Shown piece by piece: positions 1-14,381 of a stretch of DNA of 64,000 nucleotides; the first letter of the stretch is position 1, and each line of letters opens with the position of its first letter. The translations under genes and the position numbers were made by a program. The stretch is taken from assembly GCA_020536535.1 (NCBI GenBank), contig JAHLWZ010000817.1, forward strand, positions 49,827 to 113,826. The letters run 5' to 3'. Under the pieces are notes generated by a model that was not told where the DNA came from, made no database searches, and was given only the letters and a program-made list of their open reading frames with translations. The stretch comes from Pelomyxa schiedti. Its lineage: Eukaryota > Protista > Evosea.

Positions 1-1332
1 GAAATTGGTATAGTTAGTTATGTCAATTAGAAAGATATCTCTTTGGTGAACATCTCACTGATGTCATGTTGAGATCAGAGAATCGCGGTCTGCCTGCACC
101 ACGTTTAATTGTAGATATTGTCAACATTTTGTACAAAGGAGGCATGCTCTGAAAAACTCACTGAATAAAGAGTAATGGTTTCTCTTAACAATAGCTGAGA
201 CTGAGAGCGAGCTATTACGTTTGGCTGGCACCAAAACTCAAGTAATGGCCATCATGGCAATAGTTGACCGTGGTAAGTTGGCTACATTTCCAAATATCTG
301 TTTATGCCTGTAGGTCAGCCATATGACTTCAGCACAGTTGAAGATCTCAACAATCTTGTAGATCTTTTAAAACAGTACCTTAACAACCTTCCCGATCCAG
401 TTATTCCTTATGAAGAGTATCCTAAAATACTTGCCCTGGGTGAAAGTATAACAATGGTAGAAACAATCTCGATTCTCACAATACACTTTAGGGAATGCTC
501 CTGTTGTAGAATACAAACAGTTTATTGCACAACTTCGTCCTGAGACCCACAAGAACTTTTTACTTTTTCTCATTGCCTTTTTAAATAGGGTACCTCTTTG
601 CATAGTAGATTCCAATTAAATGAACCAGGTTCTCAAAACAAGCCTTATGAATAGCAAAAACATTGCAGTTTGCTTCCGAGGAATGATGCGTGTCAAACCG
701 GAGGAGCAACTGAAGCCTTCAGATTGCCCAGAGGATCCATCTGCACTCCTTTTCAAGGAGAGTCAGAAGATGAACTCTGAAAGTACGGCATTGTCCGTAC
801 TTATCGAGAACGGGGCCACGGGACTGGGATTCCCTGATCCATTCAATTTAACAGCTCAGGTTGCTACTCCTTCAAAAACGTTGTTTCCTCTTTAATGCAA
901 TTACCTCTTTTTCCTCACGACAGAAGAAACCAAAAACAAAGCGAGTCAAGGTGTGTAACGTTCCCATAGCCTCTCAACACCCTAACACTTGCACGCAGGC
1001 CAGAACTGCGGAGCTTACTCCAGCAGAACAACAAGCTTGCACTATGTGGGGCAAGGGCACTTCCATGACCAAAACCCAGTTCAGAGACCTTTTACAAGAC
1101 CTGTGCCGCGACCAGGTTCGTCTTGAACTGCTTATCGCAAGCTTCTGATTATTAAAATAGTCAATCCCCCCTCCCGACGATGCCGACATTGAAGAAGGCT
1201 TGCAGACTATTGATTTGGCTGATCCCAGCAGAGTTACCTTCAAAGAGTTCCAACAGGTTATCCATTCCCTTCTCAAATAGGCACCTAACACTAGTACAGT
1301 TTTGGAAATGGTACACAAGCACACGCAAGTAG
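1..1332 (+). CDS. RhoGAP-domain protein with C-terminal EF-hand-like region (5' truncated, multi-exon)
   Basis: Spliced translation LFGEHL..PAPRLIVDIVNILYKG-AETESELLRLAG..LLKQYLNNLPDPVIP..MNSKNIAVCF matches RhoGAP motifs with the Arg finger retained. The C-terminus FRDLLQDL..DIEEGLQTIDLADPSRVTFKEFQQFW resembles an EF-hand pair. TAG stop at 1330-1332. Confidence 0.8.
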
Positions 1333-1491
1333 GGAAGCTTCCTTCTGCCAATTTTTGTCATGGTTGTTTTTTGTACAATGAAATTTTTAAAAAGGGCACC
1401 ACTGCCGCACCCAAAGCTCAATAGGAGGAAGGGAAAAAAAGTTTATGGCCTATTTATTTGGTTTTCTTCAAGTCTTTCCAAAGGTTCTATA

Positions 1492-2616
<1,125 letters not shown>

Positions 2617-2951
2617 TGGCAATTATGGGAAAAAACCACTACTGCAAAAAAGGGTCTGCCAAAGGGGACCTGTTGTTGGTTGGTTTTCTTTTGAAAAAAA
2701 TTTCTATTTCCCCGTTGTGGCGCGTCTTGTACCTTGGCTCTTTTTTTTTTTTTTCTTTCGCTTCTTTCATTTTTTTCCACTGTCCCTTTTTTTAGATTCA
2801 GGTTCGAGCGAACTACTTCTTGGGCAAGTGATCTCGTGGTACCCACAACCTCCTCCACTTGCACCTGTGTCACAGCGCTATGTTCCGTTCCCCGTATACG
2901 AAAGAAATCTGTTAACTCCAGGGTTTATTGCGTTTTTTTTTTTTTCTTGTG

Positions 2952-4266
2952 ATGGATGGTGCGTACTTCGTGTCGCGGTCAGAGCTTTTGGGTTGGCTCA
3001 ATGACCTCCTGGGTCTAGATTACACCAAGTTGGCCGAATGGCCGTTCACTCTCGCCAACGCACCCTTTTCTCTCCCACAATGCGCCTTATGGTTGCGAAC
3101 TAAATGAATTCTACAGAGTGGAGCAAACTTGCACGGGCGCTGCTCATTGTCAAATTATGGACATGCTGTATCCTGGTAAATTTTTCGCTCTTGACTGTTG
3201 TAATTATCCTTATTTCATATCTGAATTATGGTTTGAAATTAAATCTTTCAATTTCAATTTACATATGCACATTACTTTCCACAATCTCACACTTATTTAA
3301 ATTAACAAGGAAGGGTGCCTCTGTCAAAAGTGAACTTCAATGCCAGACACGATTATGAATACATTCAGAATTATAAGGTATGGTTTTTAAGGGTTACTTT
3401 CTGATTAGGACCGCATTAACACTGCAGCCAGATACTTCAAACGGTTTTTCAAAAATGTGGAGTAGAAAAGGTTATTTTCTTTGCCCCCTGTTCCAGCTGG
3501 GATTCCTCAAAGCATGCAGATTATAGATGTAAGTAAATTAATAAAGGGACGAATGCAAGATAACCTTGAATTCTTGCAATGGATGAAGCACTATTGGGAC
3601 CTTCACAACCCTGGTTTCATTTTCCCTTTCCCAGCAAACTTCCCCACTGTCAAAAACAAAAGGTGGAGAATATGACGGGCCCGAAAGAAGACGGCAGTCA
3701 GGAATTAGACTGGAGTTTGACAGTCAGTCCCTTCATCCCACAAACACTGCCCCCGCTGTCTCAACTGGAAGAGGAAGAGTAACACCCACTGTTACTGCCG
3801 CTCCCGTTAGGCCAAAGCCTGTCACTAGTACACTATATCTTGAAATCTAACCAATCTAACAACTTACTACAACAAAATCCAGCTAAACCCACTTCAGTGC
3901 AACAACAGACACCCGCAGACCGAAAGCCATCTGCAGCCCAAGATATTCCCGATCCAGTACCTGCCCAACTGACGTGAACACTTTCCTTCCAATAACTTCC
4001 TGTAGTGGGAACAAGTTCGAATACTTAAGAACACAGTGGATGTATTCCAGCACGAGCGTGATTGGTATTGGAAAAAACTCCGTGAAATTGAAGTTCTGTG
4101 CCAAAACCACAAGAATCCTGCTGCTGATACAACCAGCTTTACAAATGTGGATGAATTTGTGGAGTCCGTTCTAGCTGTTCTGTATGTGCATGAATTCCCA
4201 TTCACTCGTAATGGTTTTTTTAGTTATGCTCCGGACCCAGAGGGAGAAGAGCACAACAACTCGTAA
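2952..4266 (+). CDS. EB1: Microtubule plus-end tracking protein EB1 (RP/EB family)
   Basis: MDGAYFVSRSELLGWLN..VEQTCTGAAHCQIMDMLYPG..EYIQNYKILQ..KGRMQDNLEFLQWMK (CH domain) and ERDWYWKKLREIEVLCQ (EBH domain). Confidence 0.93.
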
Positions 4267-4313
4267 ACTATGTAAACGATTTTTTGGGAAAAAAAAAGTG
4301 GCCATTTTATATT

Positions 4314-6056
4314 TCAAAAACGATTACTGCAGGCTCCATACAATTCACAAACTTTTTCAGCTTGTGACAAATCCCCCCCAATGAATGCAGAAGGCTCCTT
4401 TGATTTGCCACTCTCGTAGGACTGCACCCACTTGGTAATTGTGGCACTTGTGGAGCACAATGTCTGCCTTATGGATGCTTGTGGTGTACCCTGTTGCAAC
4501 AGCCACATTGCCATGTGATGCTTGCCTTTTTTAGTCAGGCCGGGATAGGCAACATATCGGTAAGGCCGCATTATGTAGGACTCCTTGTTTTGCGTAGAAT
4601 TTTTCAGGGATAGCCCAACTCTAGGACTCTTGATCAGCTTTGCGTTTCTGGGTGCATCAGGGTGTGCTGCCAGCCAAAGGGCTCTTTTAGTGCAATCCTC
4701 ACCTGGACACAAATTAGAAAAATAGATAAAAGCATTTAGTGGTGTACCTGGCTGCAAAGTCACAAAAGTACCGTGACTACGTACAAATTTGTCTATGCTA
4801 TCAGCCTTATTCATCTTCAAAATGTAATCAACGCACACACAGGGTCCATCTTTAACAGTGTTACAGATGAAAAATTACACAAAACCAACCTTTGATAGTT
4901 TTTGAGGAGGGATCATAGAGCCCTCTGACGAGGATACCTCCATAGGCACCACTTGGACCAAAGGTTAAATCCATGCCTACCACGCTTAGTTTACAAAGAA
5001 TTAATTACAACATACCCTTAAATGTGCCAGAGCGATATTTCCCACCAGTCTTGTGGAAATACCAGTTTCCATAGGTCATTTGCATTGCATCACCATGTGT
5101 AAATGTGTCTAAAAGTGGTGAGACACGTACCAGTGCTGTAACACCAACACAATTAGGTTACCTTTGTGAGCATATGCATTGAAATAGAATTCCAGTTCTG
5201 CAAAGTCTTTTCCCCCAAGTTAATCTTCAAAGGCTTTTGATCATTACTACGCACAATGTGGAAGTTGGCCGATGTACAAGGTGCAACTATTGAATAAAAA
5301 GTTTGCAATTCTGTCGAATTCCTTCTCGAATAACTTGTCATCAGGTATCGTAGAGGCATGGTCAAACCGCAGGCAGTCAGTGATCAAGGACGACCCAGTT
5401 CCATCATCCGGAGCAGAAGGCGGTGCCGCCGCAGCTGTAGATGTTGCAACAGAGGCAGATGCTGGTTTAGTAGTAGCTTCCTCTTTCACGGAAGTTGTGC
5501 TTGTTGTAGCAGCTTCTTCAGGTGATTCCTTCTTAACAACTTTAGAATCTGTGGAAGTGCAATTAGTACCAGCGGATCCAGTATCAGCACTGCTACTTGA
5601 TGTAGAAGTAGTAATTGTTGTTGATGTGGCTGAAGTTGTTGTAGTCCCACAATTGGGCTCGTTCTTTACTCCTTCCGCACCATTTGGTGCCGTCGACTCG
5701 GCCGCAAGAGGCGTTCCCGTAATTACCTTTTGTGCTCCTTTGCCGGGAGGTGCTACTTCGGCGTTCCTCTTTCCTCGCGCCTTTTTTGGTGTTGGTTGCT
5801 GGGCGTCACTTTCTGAAGAAGAGGACGCCGACGACGACGACGACGAGTGTTTTCCTCCCTTCGTTGTGGTTGCAGACTTGAGCGCAGACTTCGATTTGGG
5901 AGGGAAGTCGCGTTTGCGGGGGGCGATCGCCCGGCCGTCGCTGTCGCTGCCGCCGCTCTCGCTGACGTCCGTGTCCTCGCTGGATGGGTTGCTATCTTCG
6001 CTATCGCTCTCGTGCTTTTTGCAGCCGGGCTTGGCGTGGCAGCACCTCCCGCTCAT
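4314..6056 (-). CDS. Methylpurine-DNA glycosylase (MPG/AAG)-like domain protein with long low-complexity N-terminus
   Basis: Spliced FDRIANFLFN..CRIGILFQ/ELEFY region..TFTHGDAMQMTYGNWYFHKTGGKYRSGTFK..MDLTFG..GGILVRG..DGPCVCVDYIL..SPRVGLSLK..PYRY, resembling divergent MPG-fold proteins (GGILIR, GP, PRVGL, PYRF-type motifs). Confidence 0.6.
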
Positions 6057-6415
6057 CTTGGATCTGTTTTCTTTTTGCCTCTTCTTCAGAGTTTCCTCAG
6101 CGGCAGAATGGACTCCGAGAGGTCAGAACAGAATCCTCTGTGCTCAGAGCTCTGAGTGGTGTTGCCCAGCCTGAACACCACCTCTCACAGTCTGGTTGAT
6201 GGAATTTGTTAGGAGATGTCATAAGACTTCCAAGGGGGCGGGTGGATTGAGGAAAACTCGGGAAGGAAAGGTTCCATAGCTTTCCAGAAGGCACAAGGTT
6301 CTCAATCCAAAATCGCCTTACAAAGCACACAGCACCAAGTTGGGCTCTTCCACCAATTTTTTTGGTGGTGCACGTGGCGAGGGCCGCAGCCCCTCGCCAC
6401 AGTGCAATAAAAAAA

Positions 6416-9400
6416 ATGAGGACAAGAGGGTTGGGACCAGGGGGATATGGAAAGTCCAACTCGAACAGCGACGCTGGCAAACTTTTCAACGGGTTTTTGT
6501 TTTATTGCTCGTTTGGTTGTTTTTTTCCTCTTATTTTTTTTAAATATTACAATTAGTATTTTCGTTATTACTTTTAAGTTGTGTTTTTTATGGAATTGTC
6601 TGCTACTTACTGACTTATTTTTTTTTTTCTCTGTCACTTTAACTGTATGTTTGTGTGTAGCCTGCGGCGTTCCAGTGATACCAACCCACAGCAGCAACAT
6701 TCCCAACAAAATCACCGAGCGTCTACTCTAATGAAGGTTTGTTCCTTTTTTGTTTATTTTACAAATGAACTTTCCCAAGGAATGGGGACTCACAGCGGCA
6801 GATGAAGCCCTATCTGTGCCCAAAAAGCAAAGCAAACTCACAGAACAACAAAGGGAACTTGAAAAATTATTGAAGGTTGTATTATTGTGTAAACTGCCTG
6901 CTTAACAGTAACAAAAGGCTGAAGAGGGGCAAATAGCTGCCCTGGAGAAATTATCTCAATTATTTACTTCTGATCCTGCTGGAAAGAAAAAGACTGATAA
7001 CGAACTTGCTGAGCATCAGAATCAGGTTTCCTTCCGGCACATTTCTTGCAGTAACACACATCAGGCTGCCAGTCTCAAGACTGGGCTCTCCAAGGTGCAA
7101 ACTCAACTAAGTGGTCTAACAGGTTATGTAGCAACGCCCGAGACTGAACCAGTGGTACCAACCCCAAATACAGTATCTAAATGTGCAATAACTCACTATC
7201 CCCGTCACAGTTACGGTCTTCTGGCACCACTTGTATGCTTTCAGTATCCACTGGCCAAGCCGAAAAGGACTTGGGTGATGCTCGAGTGATTGAGGGAATA
7301 GCTCCGGTACCACAAAATCCGGAAGAAACGAGTAACACCCTTGTGGAAGCGTGCCGGCGTGGTGAAGTAGGAGCGGTAACGAAGTTGCTGGCTATGCTGC
7401 CAACGTCGCCACCACAACAATCTCACGTTAACACCAGCTTTGGAGTGAACTATGTGAACAAGACTGGAGAGACATGCTTGCATGTTGCTTGCGACATGGG
7501 ACATGTTGAAATCGTAAGAGTTCTGCTTCAACAGCCCAACTTGGACTTGAACCTTACCCGCCCTCTGCTCTACTGTACAAAGGCTGCACGTTCCCAAATA
7601 GTAAAGCTTATGCTAGGAGCAATGGTGGAGGCCGCGTGCGCAGCTGAATCACGCAATGGAGAGTTGGAAGAAAAAGAAAGAGAGGAAACTATACAGCACG
7701 TCGGGGCTACCTTTGTTGCAGCTGCCAAGAATGGACTCAAGGATATAGTTGCGACAATGCTGACTTTACCTCCGATCTTGAGACCCAGGGTGAACTTCGA
7801 GAACTCGGAGGGAACTGCACTAAGTACAGCCTGCAGAGAGGGGCATGCTGGGGTGGTGGATCTACTGCTCAAGGAGCCAAGTCTTGACTTGAACTGCGGT
7901 GATCCTCTGTGGTATGCCTCTCAGGCTGGCCATCTAGTAATCGTGAATATGCTTCTGTCCCACCCTCGCACTGCAGTAAACAAGATGAACCTTCAACACA
8001 AAACCCCACTGGTGGTTTCAATTCTCCACAACAGACCTGATGTTGCTCGAGCCCTGATTTCCCATGGCGGATCTATCCCAAAGGCTTGCGAAGAAGAGGT
8101 CTTGGCCAAGATAGGGTATAAGGGACTCTACACTTTGTTTTCACAAGGTTCCCCTCAGTGCATGCTTCCTCTGCCTAATGCTTTTTAGCAACCAGTATTG
8201 AGCTTTATCAGCGACGGCAAGATGAACAATCAACAAAGCAACAGCTGGAGAAGCAGATAATGGACTTGGAAGACCGGAGCAAGACACCAGGTAGAGCTAC
8301 TTACCTTAACCGATTTATTTACAACAAGTTAAAGATACCAACCGCACCCAAGATTCCACTGAGTTAACCAACAGTAAGAATGGTTTAACAAAAGACTCTT
8401 TTCACTTTCTTTCAAGAACTATGTGAATTGCAAGCTCGAGTAGAGACCTTGGAGCAGGAACTTGCAGACCAGAGATCAAGTACTATTTCCTTTTATCAAG
8501 TCGAACTCACTTCATTGAAGTGGCTGCTCTCGATGCTGAACTCTATGTCAAATTAGAGTCGTGTAAGTATTACAGTACTGTGCACTTTTAATCCTATGTG
8601 CAGATAGTGATCACGTCTTATTACACTTGCAACAAGGTGTTTGGTGTAATGTTCTTCCTGAATGCCAGAATTTATCATCTGTAACTATAACGCTTTCTGG
8701 TCGCAGTCCCTTTTCAGAGACTATTTGTCGGTTTACTCCGCTTGATAAGGTATTTCATCCTACAGTATGTACTGTTTTCACCCCAGAAAAGGTTGTAAAA
8801 ATTGTCATTCAACGAAAGTTTGGAATTAATGAAGCTGAACAACTTGTTTTTGCAAAATGCGGCGATACTGAGACCCCACTTGCGGATTCTTCTCTCACCT
8901 TAGCCAGTCTAGATTCTGCCAAGCTTGAAATCGAAGTGAAGGTCAAACCACTGTTGTCAATCCAAGAAAAGAATTTGGAATCTATAACAACGATCGGAAC
9001 AGGCTCATATGGTCTCGTGTCTAAAGAATGTTTGCATTCTCCTTTTAGTGAACAAGTGAAAATTGTGGCAGTGAAGTCACTTCATGAAGCAATAAGATCA
9101 GAACTTCACATTGATAACTTATGGAGAGAGTACAAGGTTGCAATCCATCCAACCCCTGACTAAATGGGAAAAAAGATCGCATCCAGCTTGCGTCACCCAA
9201 ACATAGTGAATTGCATTGGCACATGTTTAAACAGTTCAAGAGGTCTATGCATTGTGTATGAACTTGCAGAATTTAGCCTTAGGCAGCTTACCGAGAATGT
9301 ACTTTCTCCACATTACTCAATTAACATAACGGTACAGAGAGGGCTGAGCTTTCAAGAGATTATTGCTATTGGACTGGGAATTTCAAAAGGGATGCATGCC

Positions 9401-10338
9401 CTACATAGGTTACATCCCTTTTCGATTCACATGGAGAAAATAATTGATTTTTCAGGCAGAGCATCATCCACCGTGATCTCAGTAGTAATAACATTCTTCT
9501 TGACGCCTCGGGGATTCCCAAAATAATTGATTTTGGTTTGAGTCGCACCCTGGTGGTTTGTTAATTCTTGCCTAGGCATGTCTAAGAACCTAACTTGTGG
9601 AGCATCCACTCTCACACGGGCGCCGGGAACATTGATATACATGTCACCACAAATGTTTACAAACCACTACAGTCTGGAAGGTGTTTCTCAATCGGACGTC
9701 CTCACACTAACTCGGCCTCAGGAGACATGTGGCAGTTTGGCATCTTATTTGGTGATCTACTGGCTGCAGAGCAAACCTCGCCACCGCGGACATTAGCTGA
9801 TATTAAGAGATTCTTGGAGGTTCAAAAGAGTTCCCTTTCTCCAGAGGATTGTGCCGGTATGTGATGAAAAAATCTGAAAGCTGCTCATCTAGTATCCAAC
9901 AGAACTGGATCAACTGTGCGCAAATACGGATGTTGGAGAGGGTATCGTTGTTGAATTCCTGAATAGAAGAAATTCATGTCTACGTGCAACGTCAAAGTTG
10001 GACTCCAAGTTCCCGAATCTTCATCCTATTTGCTCTCAGCTTGTTGCACTTATTGTCAAGTCCTGTCTCTCAATAAGAGGTGAGCTGCCAGCACGTTCAT
10101 TAAATAGGAATATAAGCTAGTAGTAAATTCTTACAGGTAAGGTTATAACCATTTATTACCAACAGAGTGCAACCGGCCGCCATTCTCAGTGATTGAGAAG
10201 TTGTTGTACAGCTGCGCATCCATTGTATTCTCACCCACCGTTTCCGCACCAACAACAACCGATGACGAAATAGCACTTGCAATCAACAAGTGCCTGTCAT
10301 CCCTCGCCTTCTCCTTCTCACACTCACACCACCACTAA
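6416..10338 (+). CDS. Multidomain protein kinase: HR1-like coiled coil, ankyrin repeats, coiled coil, TKL-type kinase
   Basis: Ankyrin repeats ([49 protein letters not shown]) at 7181-8150. Kinase motifs [39 protein letters not shown]. Exons joined via GT-AG introns; start uncertain. Confidence 0.8.
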
Positions 10339-11097
10339 ACTCCTCCTCCACCTCCCACACACACAAGCGCGACCAGTTTATTAAATCGTCCTACCACCCC
10401 CGCCACCACCAACACCCCGTTGGCACACAGTCACACAAGAGAGAGTAAAAAAAACTGGTACACCTTCTTGTATGTGGTCGTTTTGCCGGCACAAATGCTT
10501 TTGCCGAAGTGCACGTTTCTACAAACCACAAAACAAAAAAAAACACGGAGTCCACACTACCAGAGTTTTACCTCCTAAACCCTCCTGAGGCCTAAGCATT
10601 GGTCTTCAGCGATAGAGCTACGTCACGAAGGTTAGTCCGAACATAATGTCTGGGATCTCTGGGATTTTCCAATTAGAAAACCTAAACAGTCAAAACATAA
10701 AACAAATAAGCAAGGGTACACAGATATGAGATCTACTAAGACATCTACTAATACATCTCGGTCGGTTTTTTGTAGTATCATCGCCACAAACGCCACACAG
10801 CAACCCTGTTTTTCTTTTCGTTTTGACCACAAGTTAAAAGGCAAGAACCAGCAGCATAACCCACAGCCACCACGTTGTGCAGTTTGTGCTAACCACGAGT
10901 TAATAGGCAAGAACCCACAGCCGCCACGAGAGTACTCTTCTTCTGCCTCTGCCCGATTTCAGCCTCAGCCTCAGCCTCAGTTTATAAGTAAGTAAATCAT
11001 CTTCAACAACATGTTCAGTTATAAGTAAATCATTCAACTTCGACCCCAACAATGGGACGATGATAAAAAATAAAAAATTTAACAGGAAAATTCTGTG

Positions 11098-12390
11098 ATG
11101 GGGGACACACTTGCCGTGGTCGATGGCGAGCAATGCACTAACAGAGAGAAGCACAAAGCTAGTCACCACTCAGCCAACAAAGACCCCGTCGCGCACAAAA
11201 AGCACAAACACAAACACGAGAAAAAACACAAGCACGGCCGCAACAACCACAACTCCGACTCAGAACTCCACGACAATAACGCCAACACTGGGGAGGCCGA
11301 GGTATACGGACCCGCCGAGCCACCCACGTCACCTGCTGCAACTGCAACGACGGGTACCACCATCGACTGCTGTGCCGAACAGGACGTTGTTGCCTCAAAC
11401 CAAGACCCAAACGGCAACGGGACAGATACCACCACCACAACAACAACAACATCATCATCATCATCAACAACATCAACAAAAACAAAAGCAGGGGGGGCAC
11501 TGGAGAGGGATGCTTGGATGATAGCGCCCCCAAAGAGGACAAACCCACTACCTGGGGCTAAGAGCGAAGGGGGATTGAATGATGAAAGCAGTGCTAAGAA
11601 TGTCAAGGCGCCGCCGGTGGAGCTGAACCCGTTTATGAGTGGCGCAAAGCCACCGCCCGCTAAGGAGGATTCTGATCCTGCCAGTGTGTGGCCTATGTGT
11701 TTGGTGCATTTGTTTTAATTTTTCTTTTTAACTGCTGGGTAGTTCCAAAGTCCGCTCTGGTTGGTGATGGTGGAGCCAGTTGGCGAAGGCGTGCTTTGCT
11801 TAGAGCAAAGCAGCGAGCAGTCGAGGAAGGTAGGTCTCTTGACGAAGTTGTGGAAGAGAGATTTGAGGTGTCTTCCCCTTTTAAAGAAATAATATAGAAC
11901 CCTTAGAATGTGTTGCAGAGTGTGGAAGCTTTGATAAAGCGGACTCCTGCCCCTGAAAGGCATAGTCATCATGTAAAGTACGAAACATTCTCTCATATTT
12001 AAATATATAATACCACAGCCAACATATCCCATCACTGCACCAAATCAGCCCTAAAGCAATTTTGCTGGCAGTTCGTCTCGTTCAGATTTTGGGGAGAGGA
12101 GATCTTATCTGCAAAGAGACCACGCAACAATGCACAAGCCAACTGAGAACTCGTTAAGATGGTCAAGAGATATTCCCATTGCCAATCAAGATGAACCAAG
12201 TGATAAAACGCCCCCTGAATCCAATCCTCATGATGACAGAACTAGTTCAAAAGAAACTGGTGATAGAAACAGACCTAGGAGGAGTGAGGATTGGGGAAGG
12301 ACCCCAACTCGTGACAATGAAAGAAGTGTGACTAGGAGCACTGGAGAGGGGGAAAGATACAGAGATAGAGATAGAGTCAGGGAAAGGGAA

Positions 12391-12431
<41 letters not shown>

Positions 12432-14311
12432 AAGAGAGAGGGAGAGAGACAGGAATGTGGATAAATTTGGACGTGAAAAAAGGGAAGGCGACCAGAGAAC
12501 TTCTGTGCAACAGCCGAGGGACCAGCGTTGGGAGAGGGACAAAGAAGCTCAAATGTCCCTCCGAGGCAACCCAACTTCAGAGGATGAGATCCCCACACAC
12601 ACTAACGAAGGGCTCAGCACAGAGCTATCCCCTGATTCTATCACTCCTACCACATCTGCACTTGATCAAAATTATGAAGAACTAGATGCAAACCAACAAG
12701 TTGCTCAGGCACTGAGAGCCAAGCTTCTTGGTCTACCCGTTCCAATCCCAAAGGCGAATCAAGAGCACACAGAGTGTGATTCCAAGGACTTACTTTAGCT
12801 TTTGTTTTTACTGATGAACTCCCAGATACCCTGAAAACTCTGGTCACGTCTCAATTTCTACGGGTATGCTTCAACAAGGAATTGCTCTGAGCTAACGCAC
12901 GGTAGACGCCAGAGGTGTACCCTTAGCAATTTCCTCCAGATACAGTCAACAGCCTCTCCAGGACTCACGTAGACGTAAAAGACCAAATTTATTTAATGAA
13001 AAAGGGGAAAGGACGGATTATTTCGAGAACGATGACGCAGATTTGGATACTCTCGTTGCAAGAGAGGCATGTCAAATATCTGAGTTGGCACACAACACTC
13101 ACCTTCATGATGCAGAAACTTGGATCCCACGATGTAGACAGGCACTTTGCCATGAATCTTGTCAAGAGACCTAGAGTTGCTGTGTGCGAATTTGGTTAAC
13201 ACACTAGATCTCACTACTAGTATAGCACAATGATGTTGAAGATGAATACAATTTTGGGGAGACGCAGCTTCTGACTGATAAACCAAGAAAGCGGTACTCA
13301 ACTGAAAAGGAAGAGAGAAGAATAGAGCAACAAGCAATACGAGGTTTGATTACACAATACCAACCAATAAATCTCAATCGAGGCAGCACACGTTCTTGCA
13401 GAAAAGCGGGCAAACGAGTGCTGGTTTTGCATGAATACCACTAGATATAGCAAGCATTTGACAATTTCATTGGGAGATAATGTAAGCAACTCTACTCCAA
13501 GGAAACAATCAACTAACGATTCGCTTCCTCCCAACAAGGTTTATCTTGCTCTCCCACAGAAGGGATCACTAGTAGAAGGCCATTGCCTTTTAATACCCGT
13601 TCAACATGTGTCCTCAACGGTAGAGGCAGATGAGGTTTGACGTTTGACCAATTAATAATACAGTGCACGCAACACCAACCCCTACCTTTACAGGCTGTTA
13701 ATCGAGAACTGCGCAAGTTCAAGCAGTGTTTATGCAAGATGTTCGCAACCAAACATATGGATGCTGTATTTTTGGAAACAGCAATCAATCTAAAACGAGA
13801 GCACCATATTTTTGTTGAATGTATACCTTTACCACAAAAAAGTACGGCTGATGCTCCTATGTACTTCAAGGTAAGACCAGAGTCTTTTTGTTTTAAAAAG
13901 GTAGTAACAACTCATAGGAAGCCATAAACAACTCCGAGAAGGAGTGGTCCCAACATAAAAAGCTTATAGATACACAAAAGCGTGGGGGCGTTGTTGGCTC
14001 AGTTCCACCAGGTTTTCCATATTTCCACGTAGACTTTGGCGGCAACGGCGGATTCGCACACGTTATAGAAGATGAAGCCTCCTTCCCCCACTACTTTGGC
14101 AGGGTATGCTGTTTCTTTACCTCATTCCCTCATTGACTGACTCTTCTTTTTCATGCAGTCTGTTATCGCCGGAATTCTAGAACTACCACCGACCGCGTAC
14201 CTCAGGCCTAATCAGGTGCCTTTTCCTGAACAAGTTGCCCAAGTGAAACGGTTCCTAGCAGACTGGCAACCCTTTGACTGGACCGCCGAACTGGATGGTG
14301 GTGAATATTAA
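11098..14311 (+). CDS. CWF19L2: CWF19-like protein 2 (CwfJ C1/C2 domains; spliceosome disassembly factor)
   Basis: LERDAWM; [29 protein letters not shown]; CWFC; [20 protein letters not shown]; [58 protein letters not shown]. Start uncertain. Confidence 0.9.
12361..12450 (+). repeat. Hexamer microsatellite (AGGGAC/AGAGAT) encoding RD/RE dipeptide repeat
   Basis: Direct (AGGGAC)n run within the CWF19L2 coding exon. Confidence 0.9.
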
Positions 14312-14381
14312 GAGTTCTAACTAAAAGAAATTCCATTCCCACTTTTGGGGAGATTGAGCTTGAAAAATGCTGTCTCTTTAG

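Noticed and set aside
5272-6174. 300-aa plus-strand ORF and similar Val-rich ORFs (e.g. 45900-46298, 14392-14604, 19228-19692)
   Set aside because: These are antisense shadows of Thr/Pro/Ser-rich coding exons on the opposite strand.
10545-10690. Possible RNase MRP/P-like RNA on the minus strand (GGAAAATCCC ... GGGTTTA, then a T-run)
   Set aside because: The spacing is too short and no P1/P2/P3 or GARAR elements could be found; likely chance.
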